Positions 26,151 to 40,195 of a stretch of DNA of 64,000 nucleotides are shown here, one piece after another. Origin of the DNA: Octopus sinensis (Eukaryota). Position numbers and translations under genes: made by a program. The notes beneath the pieces are model-generated. The model made no database searches and was not told the DNA's origin. It saw only the letters and a program-made list of their open reading frames with translations. The stretch is from NCBI RefSeq assembly GCF_006345805.1, contig NC_043005.1, positions 103,664,001-103,728,000 on the forward strand. The letters run 5' to 3'. Numbering within the stretch: the first letter of the stretch is position 1; the number at the start of each line of letters is the position of its first letter.

Positions 26151-26597
26151 TATAGTTACTACTACCACATAGCTGAAACTCCTTAAAACTTCTCTCATAA
26201 GCCGAGCCCAGAGATGAAATTCAGTTTGCTATTTGCTAAGGAAACATCAGTCAATTGAACAGTACTCCCACTACTGATTAGAGCAATGAAATATTGTTAT
26301 TTTGGACTGGACTACTTCAAGGATAAGGGCCAAAACTTGGCTATGAACACAGCACAACCCTAGTGAAAATATGAAAATTTATGAATCATTGTTAGAGCTA
26401 ATACAAGCTCCGAGTCCTATCATTCTTGTACAAGGAAATAACACTCCACAACATGCAATTAAGGGCCAAATTTAATCACTACTAAGATAGGTGGGTGGCA
26501 AATCCTCACTAGATATACAATGATAACCTGTCCATTTATTTAGCTTATATCATAGATTTTGTGACAAATAGCATTGATAACAGTTGAATACACTTAC

Positions 26598-26630
26598 AGT
26601 GGAAAGAATGACAAGAGGGGAGCTATGTAA
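26598..26630 (-). CDS. Candidate 33-nt exon
   Basis: Acceptor TTATTCTATCCTAG and donor GTAAGT. Open in phases 0 and 2 but not phase 1. Confidence 0.25.
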
Positions 26631-27177
26631 CTAGGATAGAATAACAACCACAAGGCATTTTTGATAGACGCACAAGTAAGTTTATTAGTAGTTTCCTCAG
26701 CAGTGCCTGTATCAATATTATTCAATTATTGATTTCTTTTCTCTGTTTTCTAGGATAGCATTTCTTAGATGAAAGGAAACAGAAAAAGGATTTTTATGGC
26801 CAGATACATTTCCTGTTGCCAACTTTTACAGGTTCTGCAAGGGGGTCTTTTTTTATTTTTTATTAAAAAAAATTTTTTTTTTGTTGTGTCTGGAGAGAGT
26901 CATTTTCTTTTTGTGCCTTATATTGTAACACAATCACCGGTAAAATTTCCACTTTTTTCTTATTTTTATTTTCCTAAAATTTCCGTTGCATCTTGCAACC
27001 TTTCCTTTTTGTTTTCCAGAGGAATTTAAAAACTGAGAACTAGCGGACAATTTGTTGGTAGAAAAAATGTCAATAAGTATCACCAGTTGCAGCCTGATTA
27101 GAACTGGTGACATCACAATCTGTAGCTTTAAGCTCAGCATAGTTTTGTAAAAATTCTCATAGATATAGACACACACA

Positions 27178-27231
<54 letters not shown>

Positions 27232-27537
27232 TGTGTGTGTGTGTGTGTGTGTGTTTACTGCCGGATTCTTTCAGTTTCAGTCTATCAAATTCCCTCACAA
27301 GGTTTTGGTGGGCCTTAGGCTGTATCTTTTACCTATAATTTTACTTGTTTCAGTCATTAGACAGTGGCCATGCTGGAGCACCACCTTGACCTGGGTTACC
27401 TGTAATAGTAGATTTTTGCACAGTTTACACCAATAAAATTTTAAACGTCACTCATAAGTTATGGGGCAACTTATGTCTAGGGTAGCACACAGTTGGACTG
27501 AATCAAGAAACGTGGCTATAGGGTAAACAAACACAAC

Positions 27538-27930
27538 ACAACCAAACCAATGACCCACACTCATCATACAGCCAAGCTACAACCCTCATTCATCCATACA
27601 TCTGTACACTCACCCACACAGCAAACCACAATTCGCACTCACCCATACATCCATACCCCATATCCACTAGCAACACCCATGCAACCAAACCCATGACCCA
27701 CACTCATCCACACAGCCAAGCTACAACCCTCATTCATCCATACATCCGTACACTCACCCACACAGCAAACCACAATTAGCACTCATGCATACCCATACCC
27801 ACTAGCAACACCCATGCAACCAAGCCATGACCGGCACTTGACCCACACAACCAAGTCACTGACCATACTCAACCATAAAGTCATCCCACTATCCATGCTC
27901 ACCTACACAATCAAGCCACTACCTACATGT
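27538..27930. repeat. ~148-bp CA-rich tandem repeat, ~2.5 copies
   Basis: ATGACCCACACTCATC...CAGCCAAGCTACAACCCTCATTCATCCATAC is repeated at ~27550 and ~27693. Confidence 0.8.
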
Positions 27931-27934
27931 GTTG

Positions 27935-28285
27935 AAGGCATATTAGCTCAGTGGTTAGAGCGTCACACTCAATCATGAGGTTGTGAGTACGATCCCCAGA
28001 CTAGGCTGTGTGTTGTGTTCTTGAGCAAGACACTTTATTTCATGTTGCTTCAGTTCACTCAGCTGTAGAAATGAGTTGCCACGTCACTGGTGCCATGCTG
28101 TATCGACCTTTGTCTTTTCCTTAGATAACATCAGTGGCATTAAGAGGGGAGGCTGGCATGCATGGGTGACTGCTGGTCTTCCATAAACAGCCTTGCCAGG
28201 TCTTGTGCCTTGCAGGATGGGGGTGGGAGGCTTTGGAGGTGCAATCCCATGGGCATTCATGACCGAAGGGGGTCTTTACCCTTTT
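27935..28285 (+). mobile_element. tRNA-derived SINE family D
   Basis: TAGCTCAGTGGTTAGAGC...GTGTTCTTGAGCAAGACACTTTATTTC. Related copies at 33153-33500 (+) and ~5440-5700 (-). Confidence 0.7.
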
Positions 28286-29367
28286 TACATGTACACACCC
28301 ATACAAGCAAGGCATCATCTACACACACCTGTACAATCCAACCCACCGACCAAACTGAAACATCCATACCACTTCTTAACTCTACTAAATTCTTAAACTT
28401 GTGATAAGAAGTGAAGTTGATGCAGAGAACGTCACTGATGAGGATGGGAGTGGCACCGATGACTGAACAGGTGTTCTGTTGCCTTGGTAACAGGGGGATG
28501 GTTTGCGGTTGAGTAGAGTGCGGGTAGGAGGATGGGAATTTCTGCAAGCTGGGGAAAATGGAAGAGGAGACGCTTGATTTACACGGATAATATGAAAAAT
28601 AGCTTTGAAGAAGTGAAACAACAACAACAAAATATCAGGATAAAAAGCAAAAAGCAACAACAAACACAACAATACCACAACAATAAGAACTATAACAATA
28701 ATGGAAAACTACAACTCCTCTACAACAGCAATACCCTTGCAACAACAACAACAACAACAACAGCAACAACAACAACACTACAAAGACTATTGTGCATTTC
28801 TGATTGAGAACTGAAGGTTGTGGAAGGAAATAAAAATCTAAAATCCCCTCCCCAACCTGTGAAGAGATGTAGGGGTTCAAAGCAGCATCGATGACAAAAC
28901 AAATGAGTATGTGTACGAGTATATATGTTTGTGTGTGGGTGTGGGGGTGTGGGGGTGTGTGTGTATTCATGCGCATGAATGTGCAGTGTTGGCTTGCGCA
29001 GTGGCAGGGTGCACGGGTGGATTGTTGAAAGCATATAACAGTAATTTGTAGGAGAAGCCGTTATCAGGGTGCACGGGGTACAATTATATTCCTCAACGCT
29101 ATCAACTCACATCGACTCAATTAAACATACACATGCATATCACACATATAAGCGCATACAATAGAAAAAAATACACACATGCACACGTGCATACGCTTGT
29201 GTGTGTTTGTGTGTGTTATCTATGCACGCAATGCACATGAGAAGGGAGAGAGAGAGAGAGAGGGAGATACATAAACACCTATACATGTATACACACAAAC
29301 ATCTGAACATAATTATAAATGTATACATACATGTCTGTCTGTATGTATGTGTGTGTGTGTGTGCATA

Positions 29368-29412
<45 letters not shown>

Positions 29413-29550
29413 CACACACACACATCCATATATATAATAGATATATATATATATATACTGAGATATATATAGATATACACATACAAATATATATACATAT
29501 ATACACACATATATATATATATATACACATACATAGACACACATATACAT

Positions 29551-29581
<31 letters not shown>

Positions 29582-30217
29582 CATATACACACATCCATAT
29601 ATATAATACAGATATATATACAGAGAGAGAGAGAAATATAGATCTATATACATATATATATAGATAGATAGATGGATAGATAGATACACATACATACGCA
29701 TATATACGTGTGGGAGACAGACATTAAGCAATGATAATGATAAGTGCGTGTGCATATATATATACAGACACACACATAAATATATATATATATGTGTGCA
29801 CACTCACATAGATATGTATATAAATGCACAAAATATATGAAACACACCCACACCCACACCTGTACACATCCATAGATTTCCATAGGCATCTACATACAAA
29901 CAAGAACTCACCCCCCCCCGTCACACAGTGCCAACTTCTCATCTGCCAAAGCAAACACAAGCCCCCCCCCCCCCTTAATTCACTCTTGATTCATGCCACC
30001 CACCCCACCATCCATGCATTCTCAAACCCTCAATTCCATTAATTCCAAAAGAAAAACAGAGAGTGAGAAGAGAGAGAGAGAGAGAGAAGGAGAGAAGGAG
30101 GAGAAGGAGAGAAGGAGTGAGGGTGAGATAAGATCCACAGGCTGAAAAGCAGAGCAATGATGGATGGGTGGATGATGTATAATCTGTGCATAAAAATAGA
30201 TGTATTTGTGCATGCAG

Positions 30218-30249
<32 letters not shown>

Positions 30250-30342
30250 AAGAGAGAGAGAGAGGAGAGAGAGAAAGAGAGAGAGAAAGGAGAGAGAGAA
30301 ACAGAGAAACAGAGAGAGAAACAGAGAGGAGAGAGAGAAAGA

Positions 30343-30374
<32 letters not shown>

Positions 30375-30431
30375 AGGAGAGAGAGAAAGAGAGTGTGTGT
30401 GAGAGAGAGAGAAAGAGAGAGAGAAGAGAGA

Positions 30432-30462
<31 letters not shown>

Positions 30463-30488
30463 GTGTGTGTGAGAGAGAAAGAGAGAAA

Positions 30489-30520
<32 letters not shown>

Positions 30521-30544
30521 AAGTGTGTGTGTGTGTGTTTCAAC

Positions 30545-30855
30545 AAAGGAAGGTGTTCTCCAATGATGGAAAGCAACGATGATGACCTGATATTCATGTT
30601 TCAAACCTGCCAGAACACATCGAGAATGAATCGATAGGCTTTTGTTTAGGGCCTTGCTGTTTTTGTGTGCACCCCATAAATTGTTATCTGCTTTGTACGC
30701 ATCCAGCAAATGATTTGTTTGCAGATTTCTATGAACAAGGGTTTGCATTCTCGTCAGATTCCTCAGATCAGTGGAATTGAGCCTGAGTGAGGAGAATGCA
30801 ATGAAGCCACAACACCATGATGTCTCAAAGTCCCTCACATTATGAACATACATTT
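30545..30855 (-). mobile_element. Highly degraded RTE-like RT fragment
   Basis: DLRNLTRMQTL...LLDAYKADNNLWGAH...SLSIHSRCVLAGLK resembles the NLRRL...YADD..LVAH...GLKIN region. A similar short stretch lies at 31730-31790. Confidence 0.4.
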
Positions 30856-30862
30856 TTCAGAG

Positions 30863-31720
30863 TAGTGGTTCTCAACTGGGGTTCATATGACCTTTAAGGG
30901 TCCGTATATGATTTTGCCATTGGGGTTTATATGCAACTAGCACTATGACCCGGCAGCACCAGGTCATAGTGCTACTGCATGCATATACAGCTTCGTGCGT
31001 GTGCACATACACGCGAGTACTGTCCAAATCCCCAACCAATCACATACAGCTAACTGGCATTCAATTGGTGTATCAAGTTTCGGGCATTTTGATTGGGTTT
31101 TGGATAGAATATTCACAAAAAAGTCACTTCTATTGATTTTTTAATGGCTTTGCGGGGTGACTGGGGAAATGTAAAGATGTGCACAACCACCCTTAGATGG
31201 TTTTGAATGACCATAGAAAGTGCAAGCCCTCTAACTGAAAAATTATAGATTTGTATAAAGGACACACACACAGACATTTTGCCATTTATATATATAGAGA
31301 TAAATTGATTATACTTGTACAATATGCAAAATATTTTTAACAATTTCTTTTTTTTTGTACAAACTAACTTATTAAGAAGACCTCTATTAGAGAGAAAGGA
31401 AGTATTTATACTGAGAAGTAATGCTTATCGCCACCTAAATGTGGTTGTTCTATAAGAACAGACAATACTGCTATTTTAACCCCAGGAGAACGCCTCCTCC
31501 AGCTGGTTGTTTAGTGTGCTTTGCACTTGATATATATCCCCAGTGAGTAGAGAACTCCCAAATATTCTAGCTCAGAAACTTTGTACAATGCCTAATAATA
31601 TTTAATTTTTATAGAATTTCTAATAATATTTAATTATAAAAATGCAATAGTTATGAGGGTTCAGTAGAATAGAATAGGAATCAAAAGGGGTCATAGTTAA
31701 AAAATGGTTGAAAACCCTTG
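30863..31720. mobile_element. Old hAT/Charlie-like non-autonomous element interrupted by a Helitron
   Basis: Left end TAGTGGTTCTCAAC, right end GTTGAAAACCCTTG followed by GTCTAAAG. Confidence 0.4.
30937..31300 (-). mobile_element. Non-autonomous Helitron (family 2)
   Basis: Minus strand starts TCTCTATATATATAAATGGC and ends with the hairpin TAGCACTATGACC...GGTCATAGTGCTAG. Inserted between A and T. Confidence 0.7.
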
Positions 31721-32340
31721 GTCTAAAGGGTGGAAGTGTTCTCCGATGATGAAAAACCAACATTGATCAGATAATGACACTCAAATCTATTTCTTTACTA
31801 CCTACAAGGGGCTAAACACAGAGAGGACAAACAAGGACAGACAAACGGATTAAGTCGATTACATCGACCCCAGTGCGTAACTGTTACTTAATTTATCGAC
31901 CCTGAAAGGATGAAAGGCAAAGTCGACCTCGGCGGAATTTGAACTCAGAACGTCAAGACACACGAAATACCACAAAGCATTTCGCCCAGCATGCTAACGT
32001 TTCTGCCAGATAGATAAGTTATTTTTACTATGCCTTTGTTTTTATCCATAAAGGTTACTTCATTCATTTTTTCAATCGGGTAATTATGAGCAACACACTT
32101 CAGGAACTCAACAGATTCCATATCTTCAAATTTCCTGTTTCATATATTCTTGTCTGCATCTTTATACTTTACGAGTTTTGTCGGGGTAGTTCATATCGAG
32201 CTAACAAGTATTCATTAATACACATCTCTCCCTTTCAGTATTCTATGTGAACCCTCTATTGATTTCCATATCGTTAGACAGTGTGGCATACTAAGTTCAT
32301 ATTGTAATTAATGATTGTCTGCAAGGTTTTCCCTGTTTAA

Positions 32341-32561
32341 CCCTTTTGTTACCATATTTCTGCTGAGATGCTCTGTGTTTCTTTCAATTACTTTAAATAT
32401 AACAAAGAATTTAGTAAAATAACTTAGTTATCATTCAGCTAGTATTAGGAACATAAATTGTGACTAAGGTTTGGTGGAAGATTTTAGTTCAAAACTTATG
32501 AAAACAAGACATTTGTACTACAGGGCCAGAACCGGTTTCAGCCAGGTTGGTAATGAAAGGG
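32341..32561. mobile_element. piggyBac-type MITE
   Basis: TTAA|CCCTTTTGTTACCA ... TGGTAATGAAAGGG|TTAA: terminal inverted repeats with a TTAA target duplication. Confidence 0.8.
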
Positions 32562-32569
32562 TTAAAGTT

Positions 32570-33020
32570 TAAAATATGATAATGACAGCATATTTTGGGG
32601 AAAAATAGAGGGGTTCCACTTTCTCTTCCTCATCTGTTTTGGCAACCAGTTGGTTTGTTTCTTCAAACCAACTGAATAAAGTTTGAAATTCTTGAGGCAG
32701 CTCAGGGGCAAAGTGCATCCAGATATTCGTCAACCTTGCACAAATGCAAGAGTAACAACCTTCTTTGCTGTCATTGCAATTTCTGCATCAGTATTATGTA
32801 GAGAAATGAAACTCAATCTAACTTTTCAGATTGCGTGTCAAATGAAAGCAACAACCTTAGCACAGAGTGCAGTTTTTTTAATGTCACACACAACTGAAGG
32901 TTTCAAATTGGGTTCCCTTTCAACAACTCAAACAATCTCATGTAAGAGGTACAATGTTTATTCAGCAAAAATGCATACTCTGTAGGGTGAACAGAAAATA
33001 TTAAGGATATTTTTGGAACC
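32570..33020 (-). pseudogene. Mutator-like (MULE) transposase relic
   Basis: Manual minus-strand translation YAFLLNKHCTSYMRLFELLKREPNLKPSVVCDIKK...TDAEIAMTAKKVVTLAFV...ELPQEF...WFEE...PSIFP resembles a MULE core. Frameshifted. Confidence 0.55.
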
Positions 33021-34142
33021 CCTCTGTTTCAATCCTCATTGCCGTTACCCTTATTAGAAACATTAAATGGTGTACAATATTAGCCTACATGATATAAGGT
33101 AGTGTAGTAGACTATATGGTACAGAATATTTGGCTATATGGTAGGTGGCAGTGAAGGTGCATGGCTCAGTGGTTAGAGCTCGGTCTTACAACCATGAGGT
33201 AGTGAGTCTGATTCTCAGACCGAACAGTATGTTCTGTTCTTCAGTAAGATACTTTATTTCACGTCACTCTAGTTCACTCAGATGAAGAAATGAGTTATGA
33301 CATCACTAGTGGCAAGCTGTATCGGCCTTTGTCTTTCCCTTGGATAACATCGGTGGCATGGAGAGGGGAGGATGGTACGCATGGGCGACTGCTGGTCTTC
33401 CATTTACAACTTTGCCCAGACTTGTGCCTCCGAAGGGAACTTTCTAGATGCAGTCCCATGCTCATTTATGACCAAAGTGGTGGGGAGCTTTACTCTGGTT
33501 GGTTATATAAGATTATATGATGTATATATAGTAATAATGGTCTGCATAGTTATTTTATAAAAACACAGTCATCCTTACATTCTAATACATAATATAACTT
33601 ACAAGACATATACTTATATTGAGTGACTGTGTGCGTAGGTAGAACGGACAAACTTCACTGGAGTACAGTTTTAACTTCTGTTTTATTTTTTACCTATATA
33701 CATTAATGTCTATGTTTGCAAACAGCTCTGTATTAGTGAGAAGTGTATGTGAAATGTTTGTATACCTTTCAGTCTAAATGTGAATGTTTGTACGTGTGTG
33801 TCTTTCTGTCTTTGCCTCCTGGACTTCTTTCGTACATTATATTATCAATTAACAAAAACAAACTGATATTTCCTTTCTTACTTTGCGATATTGTTTAATA
33901 TAAAATTTTCTTGCGAACAAAGAGTGTAAATGTAAATCTATACATTACGATATTGTTAATGGCGGTATGCACGTATGTGTGAAGGTTTCCGAGTGAATCA
34001 CAGAAATTTCATTGGCTACAAAACATTGACATGAGAGCTGTTTCACTCTCTGGTTTGGTTCAGTGCATGAACTGTACAATGATGAACTACAGAGAGAATT
34101 ATGCATTGCATTTATATAAAATATATAGATATGTACGATAAA

Positions 34143-34441
34143 TCTTTATATATAAAAGTGAAGTTGTGTGTCTGTCTCCTACGATTTAGATTCCTAACTA
34201 CTCCCACATTTTGCGGTGCAGTTTAATCAAAACCGGGTATCTTATAGTCGTGATTTATATCGAGCCCTTCTGAATATTAGCGCGCGTCTACGATGAGTCT
34301 ACGATTTTAAAAAAAAATTTACCAACATTTTTACCCATTTTTAATGCATTTTTTGCTATTTTATAAGGGAAGTAACTCTATAAAAATGCTTATATAGTTA
34401 TTTCCCTTACAAACCCGAGCAATGCTGGGCGATACTGCTAG
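34143..34441 (+). mobile_element. Non-autonomous Helitron (family 1)
   Basis: 5' TC, 3' GC hairpin CCCGAGCAATGCTGGG plus CTAG, A|T target. Near-identical copies at 60045 and 61023. Confidence 0.8.
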
Positions 34442-34834
34442 TATATATATATATATGAATGTGTGTTTGTATACATGCACACACACACACATATATATAT
34501 AGATATGTACGTATATAATTCTCAAATGTGTGCATCCTGCATATACATTTATATGCATGTATGTATGTGTATGTTTGTGTATATGTATGTATGAGTGTGT
34601 GTGTACGTATACATTATATATATATATATAATATATATATTATCATCACCATTTAACATCTGCTAGCATGGAAGGTGGATGTTAAAAGATGATGATGACA
34701 ATATATATGTGTGTGTGTGTATTAAATTTGTATGTATGTCCATATATATATATAGAGAGAGAGAGAGACAGATTGATAGATATATATGTGTATATATATA
34801 TATATCGATAGATATATATGTATATAGATAGATA

Positions 34835-34882
<48 letters not shown>

Positions 34883-35815
34883 TATGTATATATATATATA
34901 TAAAACGATGATGATGATGATGATGATATATATATATATGTATATAATATATATATATATATATATGTGTATATATTATATATATATATATGTATATATA
35001 TAGATATATATGTATATATATAGATATATATGCATATATGTGTGTATATATATATATATCATGTAATTTTCATACACAAGTGTGGAGATACATAAATGCA
35101 TGAAAGAATATGTCAGATCTTTTTTGATGAGTTTCTCAAGAAGATTCAAAATGTCATACAGATCTGAGAGAGAATTCCTGGCACAGATAAGCAGCATCTT
35201 TCGTTCTAGTGCCAATACTTTGTAGGTGATACCTAGGTAGTAACGATAAAAGAGCTCCGTAGCCGGAGGAAAGACGAGCAATAAACGAACAATCAATGGT
35301 AGTGAAAAAGTGCAGTGAATGGCGGCAACTTCCAAAATAAAATATGGTAATGGCTGATTTGCCAGACAATGTGGCACCAAAGACACAGACTTGGAGTGTA
35401 TGCACCACGGAGGCGGATAACCATTAACAGATGTAGTCTTCTTAACCGCACAGCGTTCCCATTACCACTGCGTCTCACCTGCCAATGCTGTTGTCAAGGT
35501 AACTGAACCAATCAGAAATTGTATTGATCCAGCAACGAATGTGAAATTTCTACATCAATTCAACAAAGTGTTTTTTTGAGGATGTATATGGCAGTGGTGG
35601 TGGTTGTGGTGGTGGTTGTGGTGGTGGTGGTGGCAGTGGTGGCAGTGGTGGTGGGGGGGGGGGTGATGGGGACTTGCGATGGAAGACAATCACATTTTTT
35701 TAACTGCTGTGTGTAAAATACCTGCATAAATATCTATCTGTGTATCAGATGGCTGGCTCTCTCTCTACCTCTCTCTTTCTCTCTCTCCCTCTATCGCTCT
35801 CTCTTTCTTTCTCTC

Positions 35816-35846
<31 letters not shown>

Positions 35847-37954
35847 CTCCCTCTATCGCTCTCTCTTTCTTTCTCTCTCTCCATCTCTCTTTCTATCTCT
35901 CTCTCTCATTATCTCTCTCTCTCTCATTATCTCTCTCTCTTTCTCTCTATCTATCTATCTCCCTCTCTCTTTCTCTCTTTCTCTCTCTCTCCCTCCCTCT
36001 CTCTTTCTCTCTCTCTTTCTCTCTTTCTCTCTCTCTCTCCCTCCCTCTCTCTTCTCTCTCTCTCCTCTCTCTCTCTCTCTCCATCACACACATCTGAAGA
36101 GATGAAAAGAGTAAAACACACACGGATAACAAAACAAAGACAAATAAATATATAGTAAATTAAAGGGAAGCAAACACACATGCACACACACACATGCACA
36201 CGCACACATCTGAGTGTGCGTATGTGTGTGTGTGTATCTGCGTATGTGTTTGTATATATGGGTCCATGCATGGCCAAGTGATTAAGAAGGTCGTTGTTTC
36301 ACAGTAATGAGGTAAGTCTGTCGCTGATACCCCTGCATGGAATCTTAAGCAACCTAGGATCAACCCAATTCATGTGAGTGAAATTCAGTGGACGGAAACT
36401 GTACAGAAGCCTCTCTGGTGGAGTGTATCTGTAATTCAAAGAGTTAGCTTGGTCCACTATCACACTATGCAACTGCTGGTCTTCCATTTACAACTTTGCC
36501 CAGACTTGTACCTCCAAAGGGAACTTTCTAAATGCAGTCCCATGGTCATTTATGACCAAAGTGGTGGGGAGCTTTACTCTGGTTGGTTATATCAGATTAT
36601 ATGATGTACATATAGTAATAATGGTCTGCATGATTATTTTATAAAAACAGTCATCCTACATTTTAATACATAATATAACTTACAAGACAAGAATCTTAAG
36701 CAAGTGTCTTCAACCACAACCTAGGATCAACCCAATTCATGTGAGTGAAATTCAGTGGGCGGAAACTGTACAGAAGCCCCTCTGGTGGAGTGTATCTGTA
36801 ATTCAAGGAGTTAGTTTTGTCACTATCAAACTGATTCTGACTGATGGAAAAGGTAGGAGCTGAAAACTGAAAGTAATTGAATGAACGTGACTAAGACTGA
36901 ATGATACAGCTAAACAGTGTTTTAATGTTAGTGACTGTAACATGATGTATGTAACATGGTGATGTGACACATTGTGTGGTGTGTGACATGGCATGATGTT
37001 TGACATGATGTGGTGTGACAAGGTGCCGTGTGTAATGTGATGTGGTGTAATGCAGTGTAGTGTCGTGATGTGAAGTAACAAGGTGTAGTGTGATATGGTA
37101 TGGTGAGATATAATTAAATGTGTGACACAGTGTGGAATGTCACGTGGTGTAACAAGATTTAGTATTACATGAAGCTGTGTGACATGATGATTGTGACACA
37201 GTGTTTGTGAGATGCTTTGCTGTGATATGGCGTGATGTGTGACACGGTGTAATATATGATATGGTGTGATAGTGTGAAGAGTGACAAGAAAATATGTGAT
37301 ACAGTATGGTTTAACATGGCATAATATAATTCAGTGTGATGTTGATACAGAGATGTGTCTCATGGAGTAGGGTGACATAATGTAGTGTGACACAGAGTTT
37401 ATGAAATGATTTAGTGTCACATGTGACATGGAGATATTGTAACATGGCATGATGTGACAGTCTGATGTGCGATACAGAGATGTGTGACAGGGTGTAGGTC
37501 TGTTATAAGTTGTCATTCCACCTGCTAGAAAAAACTCTAGTGTATCACTGATGGCAAAAGCTTGTAAGTGGCTGCACTACATGCTAGACATAGCAGTCAA
37601 ATATTTTGCAAACTACATCCTGGTCTCTTAGACGTAAAAAATACACAATGGATAGTGTAAGCCAAGATATACAAAGCCTAGAATAACAGACTGTGTGGTC
37701 GTGGCTAGAATGCTTTTGATAACCAGGTTACTTGATCATAAAGGTTGACAACACACATAATGAGAACACATGGTTGACTAAACACATACACATGGGAACA
37801 CACATCTACAAAGAAACACTCTCTCTCTCTCTCTCCCTCTCTCACTCTGTTTCTCTCTTTCTCTGCTATTTCTCTCACCAATTCATTCATTGCAGAAGTC
37901 TGCAGTCTTCAATACACAAACGAGGTGTATGTGACTAATTCAAAGAAAATTTCT

Positions 37955-38030
37955 TGTAAACAGCTGTTAATTAGCTGCTGAAGCTGTGTCAGGGTGGCCA
38001 TTTATGGCTGCTGCTCATATTTTGGCAGAA
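37955..38030. promoter_or_regulatory. Candidate enhancer (E-box, homeodomain site, CArG box)
   Basis: CAGCTG at 37961, TAATTA adjacent, and the CArG box CCATTTATGG at 37998-38007. Confidence 0.3.
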
Positions 38031-39889
38031 AAAATCGGTAAACAACAACAGTTACGAATAACAACAGCAGCAGCAGTTCTTCTTCTTCATCATCATCATC
38101 ATCATCAACAAATACCACCACCATGTTCAGCACTATAGTCACAACATCTCAACCATCACCATCATCATCACATCATAAAACCACTCCGTTACTACCACCA
38201 GCCTCTCTCTCTGTCGCTGCCACTGCAGTCACCACCTCCGACCACCGCCATCAACCACTTCATTAATTATCACTCATGCACCCATCATCGCTATGCCTAG
38301 TCACCATCTTTAGTCACCATCACCAGCTTCCCTCTCATCATCATCATCATCATCACACACGCCGAACATTATCATTGCACTCCATCAATACCATCACATC
38401 CCACTCCCACCACCACCACACCCCATCACTGTCAGCATACACCATCAATGCAACACTACCCCCCACCATTCTGGTCACCATCTCCACCAAATATTCTCAA
38501 CGTTGTTTGGACAGTGGCCAGCTTCAAACTGTTGGATGTTCAATAAATTTCACAATAAATTTTGAACTTGACAAATCTTCGAGTGATAAGCCCCCCCCCC
38601 CGACCAACCACACTCGGGGGGGGGGGGTAATACATCGTGGTTGCAAAAGGAAATTAATGTGTGACAACTGTGATCTGAAATCTGAGGTTCACATTGCCAT
38701 CGTCATCGCCATCACCATCGTCATCGCCACCACCATCGTCATCGCCACCACCATCGTCATCGCCACCACCATCGTCATCACCATCGTCATCGCCACCACC
38801 ATCGTCATCGCCACCACCATCATCACGCCAATCTTATCATCAACAACCTCCACTATCATCATCATTATTAACACTGCCGCAAACGTTACAGTCATTAACA
38901 CCAGATCGGCCATCATTATCAATACCTCTACCCCTTTTATAGCCTTTATCAACCCCACCACCTCATTATTGCTATTATCAATACCTTTCCCCATCCCCCC
39001 CACACACACCACATCATTAATGGCTATCATTATCAGCATCTCCATCACCACCACTGATCAACATTTCTACCATCATTATTGTTATTATCGATATTTACCC
39101 CCTCATTATTGCCATTATCAACACCTTCTCCCTTATTTTGTCAATATCCACATTTCCCCTCACTATTATCATTATCAAATTTCCCCTGCTCCCATCCTTA
39201 AATTCCGAGTTTGGATACCATTGAGGCTGACTCGGTTTTTCATACCTTTCAGAGACGGTTAAGTACCAGTTACACACTGGGATCAACGTAATCAACAAAC
39301 AACCCTCCCTAAAACTCTCAGGCCTTGTACCTAGAATAGAGTGGAGGCACATGGCTTAGTGATTAGAGCAGTGGACTCGCGGTCGAGGGATCACATGTTC
39401 AAATCTCAGATCAGGTGATGTGTGTGTTTATGAGCGAAACACCTAAGTTCCACGCGGCTCTGGCAGAAGGTAATGGCGAAACTTCTGCTGACTCTTTTGC
39501 CAAAACTTTCTCTCACTCTTTCCTCCTGCATCTTGCAGCTCACCTGCGATGGACCGGCGTCCTGTCCAGGTGGGGAACCTATATGCCAAGGAAACCGGGA
39601 AACCGGCCCTTATGAGCCAGGCATGGCTCCAAAAGGAACAAACAAACAACAACCTAGAATAGAGAGGATTTATTATTATTATTGGCAAGCTGGCAGAATT
39701 GTTAGCAACCCAGGCAAAATGCTAGGTGGCATTTTGTCCATCTTTACATTCTGAGTTCATATTCTGCAAGGTCGACTCAGCCTTTCATTTTTCCAGCATA
39801 CAAGTTGATCTCTGGAGTCAACGTAATCTACTTAGTCCCCCGTCTCCTAAAATTACTGGCCTTGTGGCAAAATTTGAAACCACAGTTAT

Positions 39890-40195
39890 CATCATCATTA
39901 TTGTATTAAAACTCACAGAGTATTTTGCCGGGTATAATGTGAGGTGTCAGCTGTCCACAGCCAGCAGACTAAGGTGACACTTGTTTTACTGATCATGCTT
40001 CAAGAACCCTGCAAACAATTCTTACAGTTCCAAGCAATGCTGATTTTTGTAGGTGTTCTACCTTCACACTTGCACCATACTTTTTCAGCCATGTTGGCAG
40101 TTGAGTACTAATACTTCCAAGTGCACCAATTGCTATTGGTATCAAGTCTTCTCTCTTCAATGACCACAACCTTCATATTTCCCATTTTAAATAGT
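39890..40195 (-). mobile_element. Second R4/Dong-like LINE 3' fragment
   Basis: Minus strand LIPIAIGALGSISTQLPTWLKK...EHLQKSALLGTVRIVCRVLEA*, adjacent to (TTA)n. Confidence 0.7.

Noticed and set aside
35479-35550. Minus-strand exon ending CAG|GTGAGA
   Set aside because: There is no convincing acceptor, several frames are possible, and there is no supporting homology.
38591-38628. C-run/G-run stem-loop resembling a terminator
   Set aside because: It is homopolymer pairing in a eukaryotic intron-like region with no functional context.
38276-39262. 328-aa ORF
   Set aside because: It is composed of CAT/CAC low-complexity DNA and an 18-bp repeat, with no domain-like sequence.
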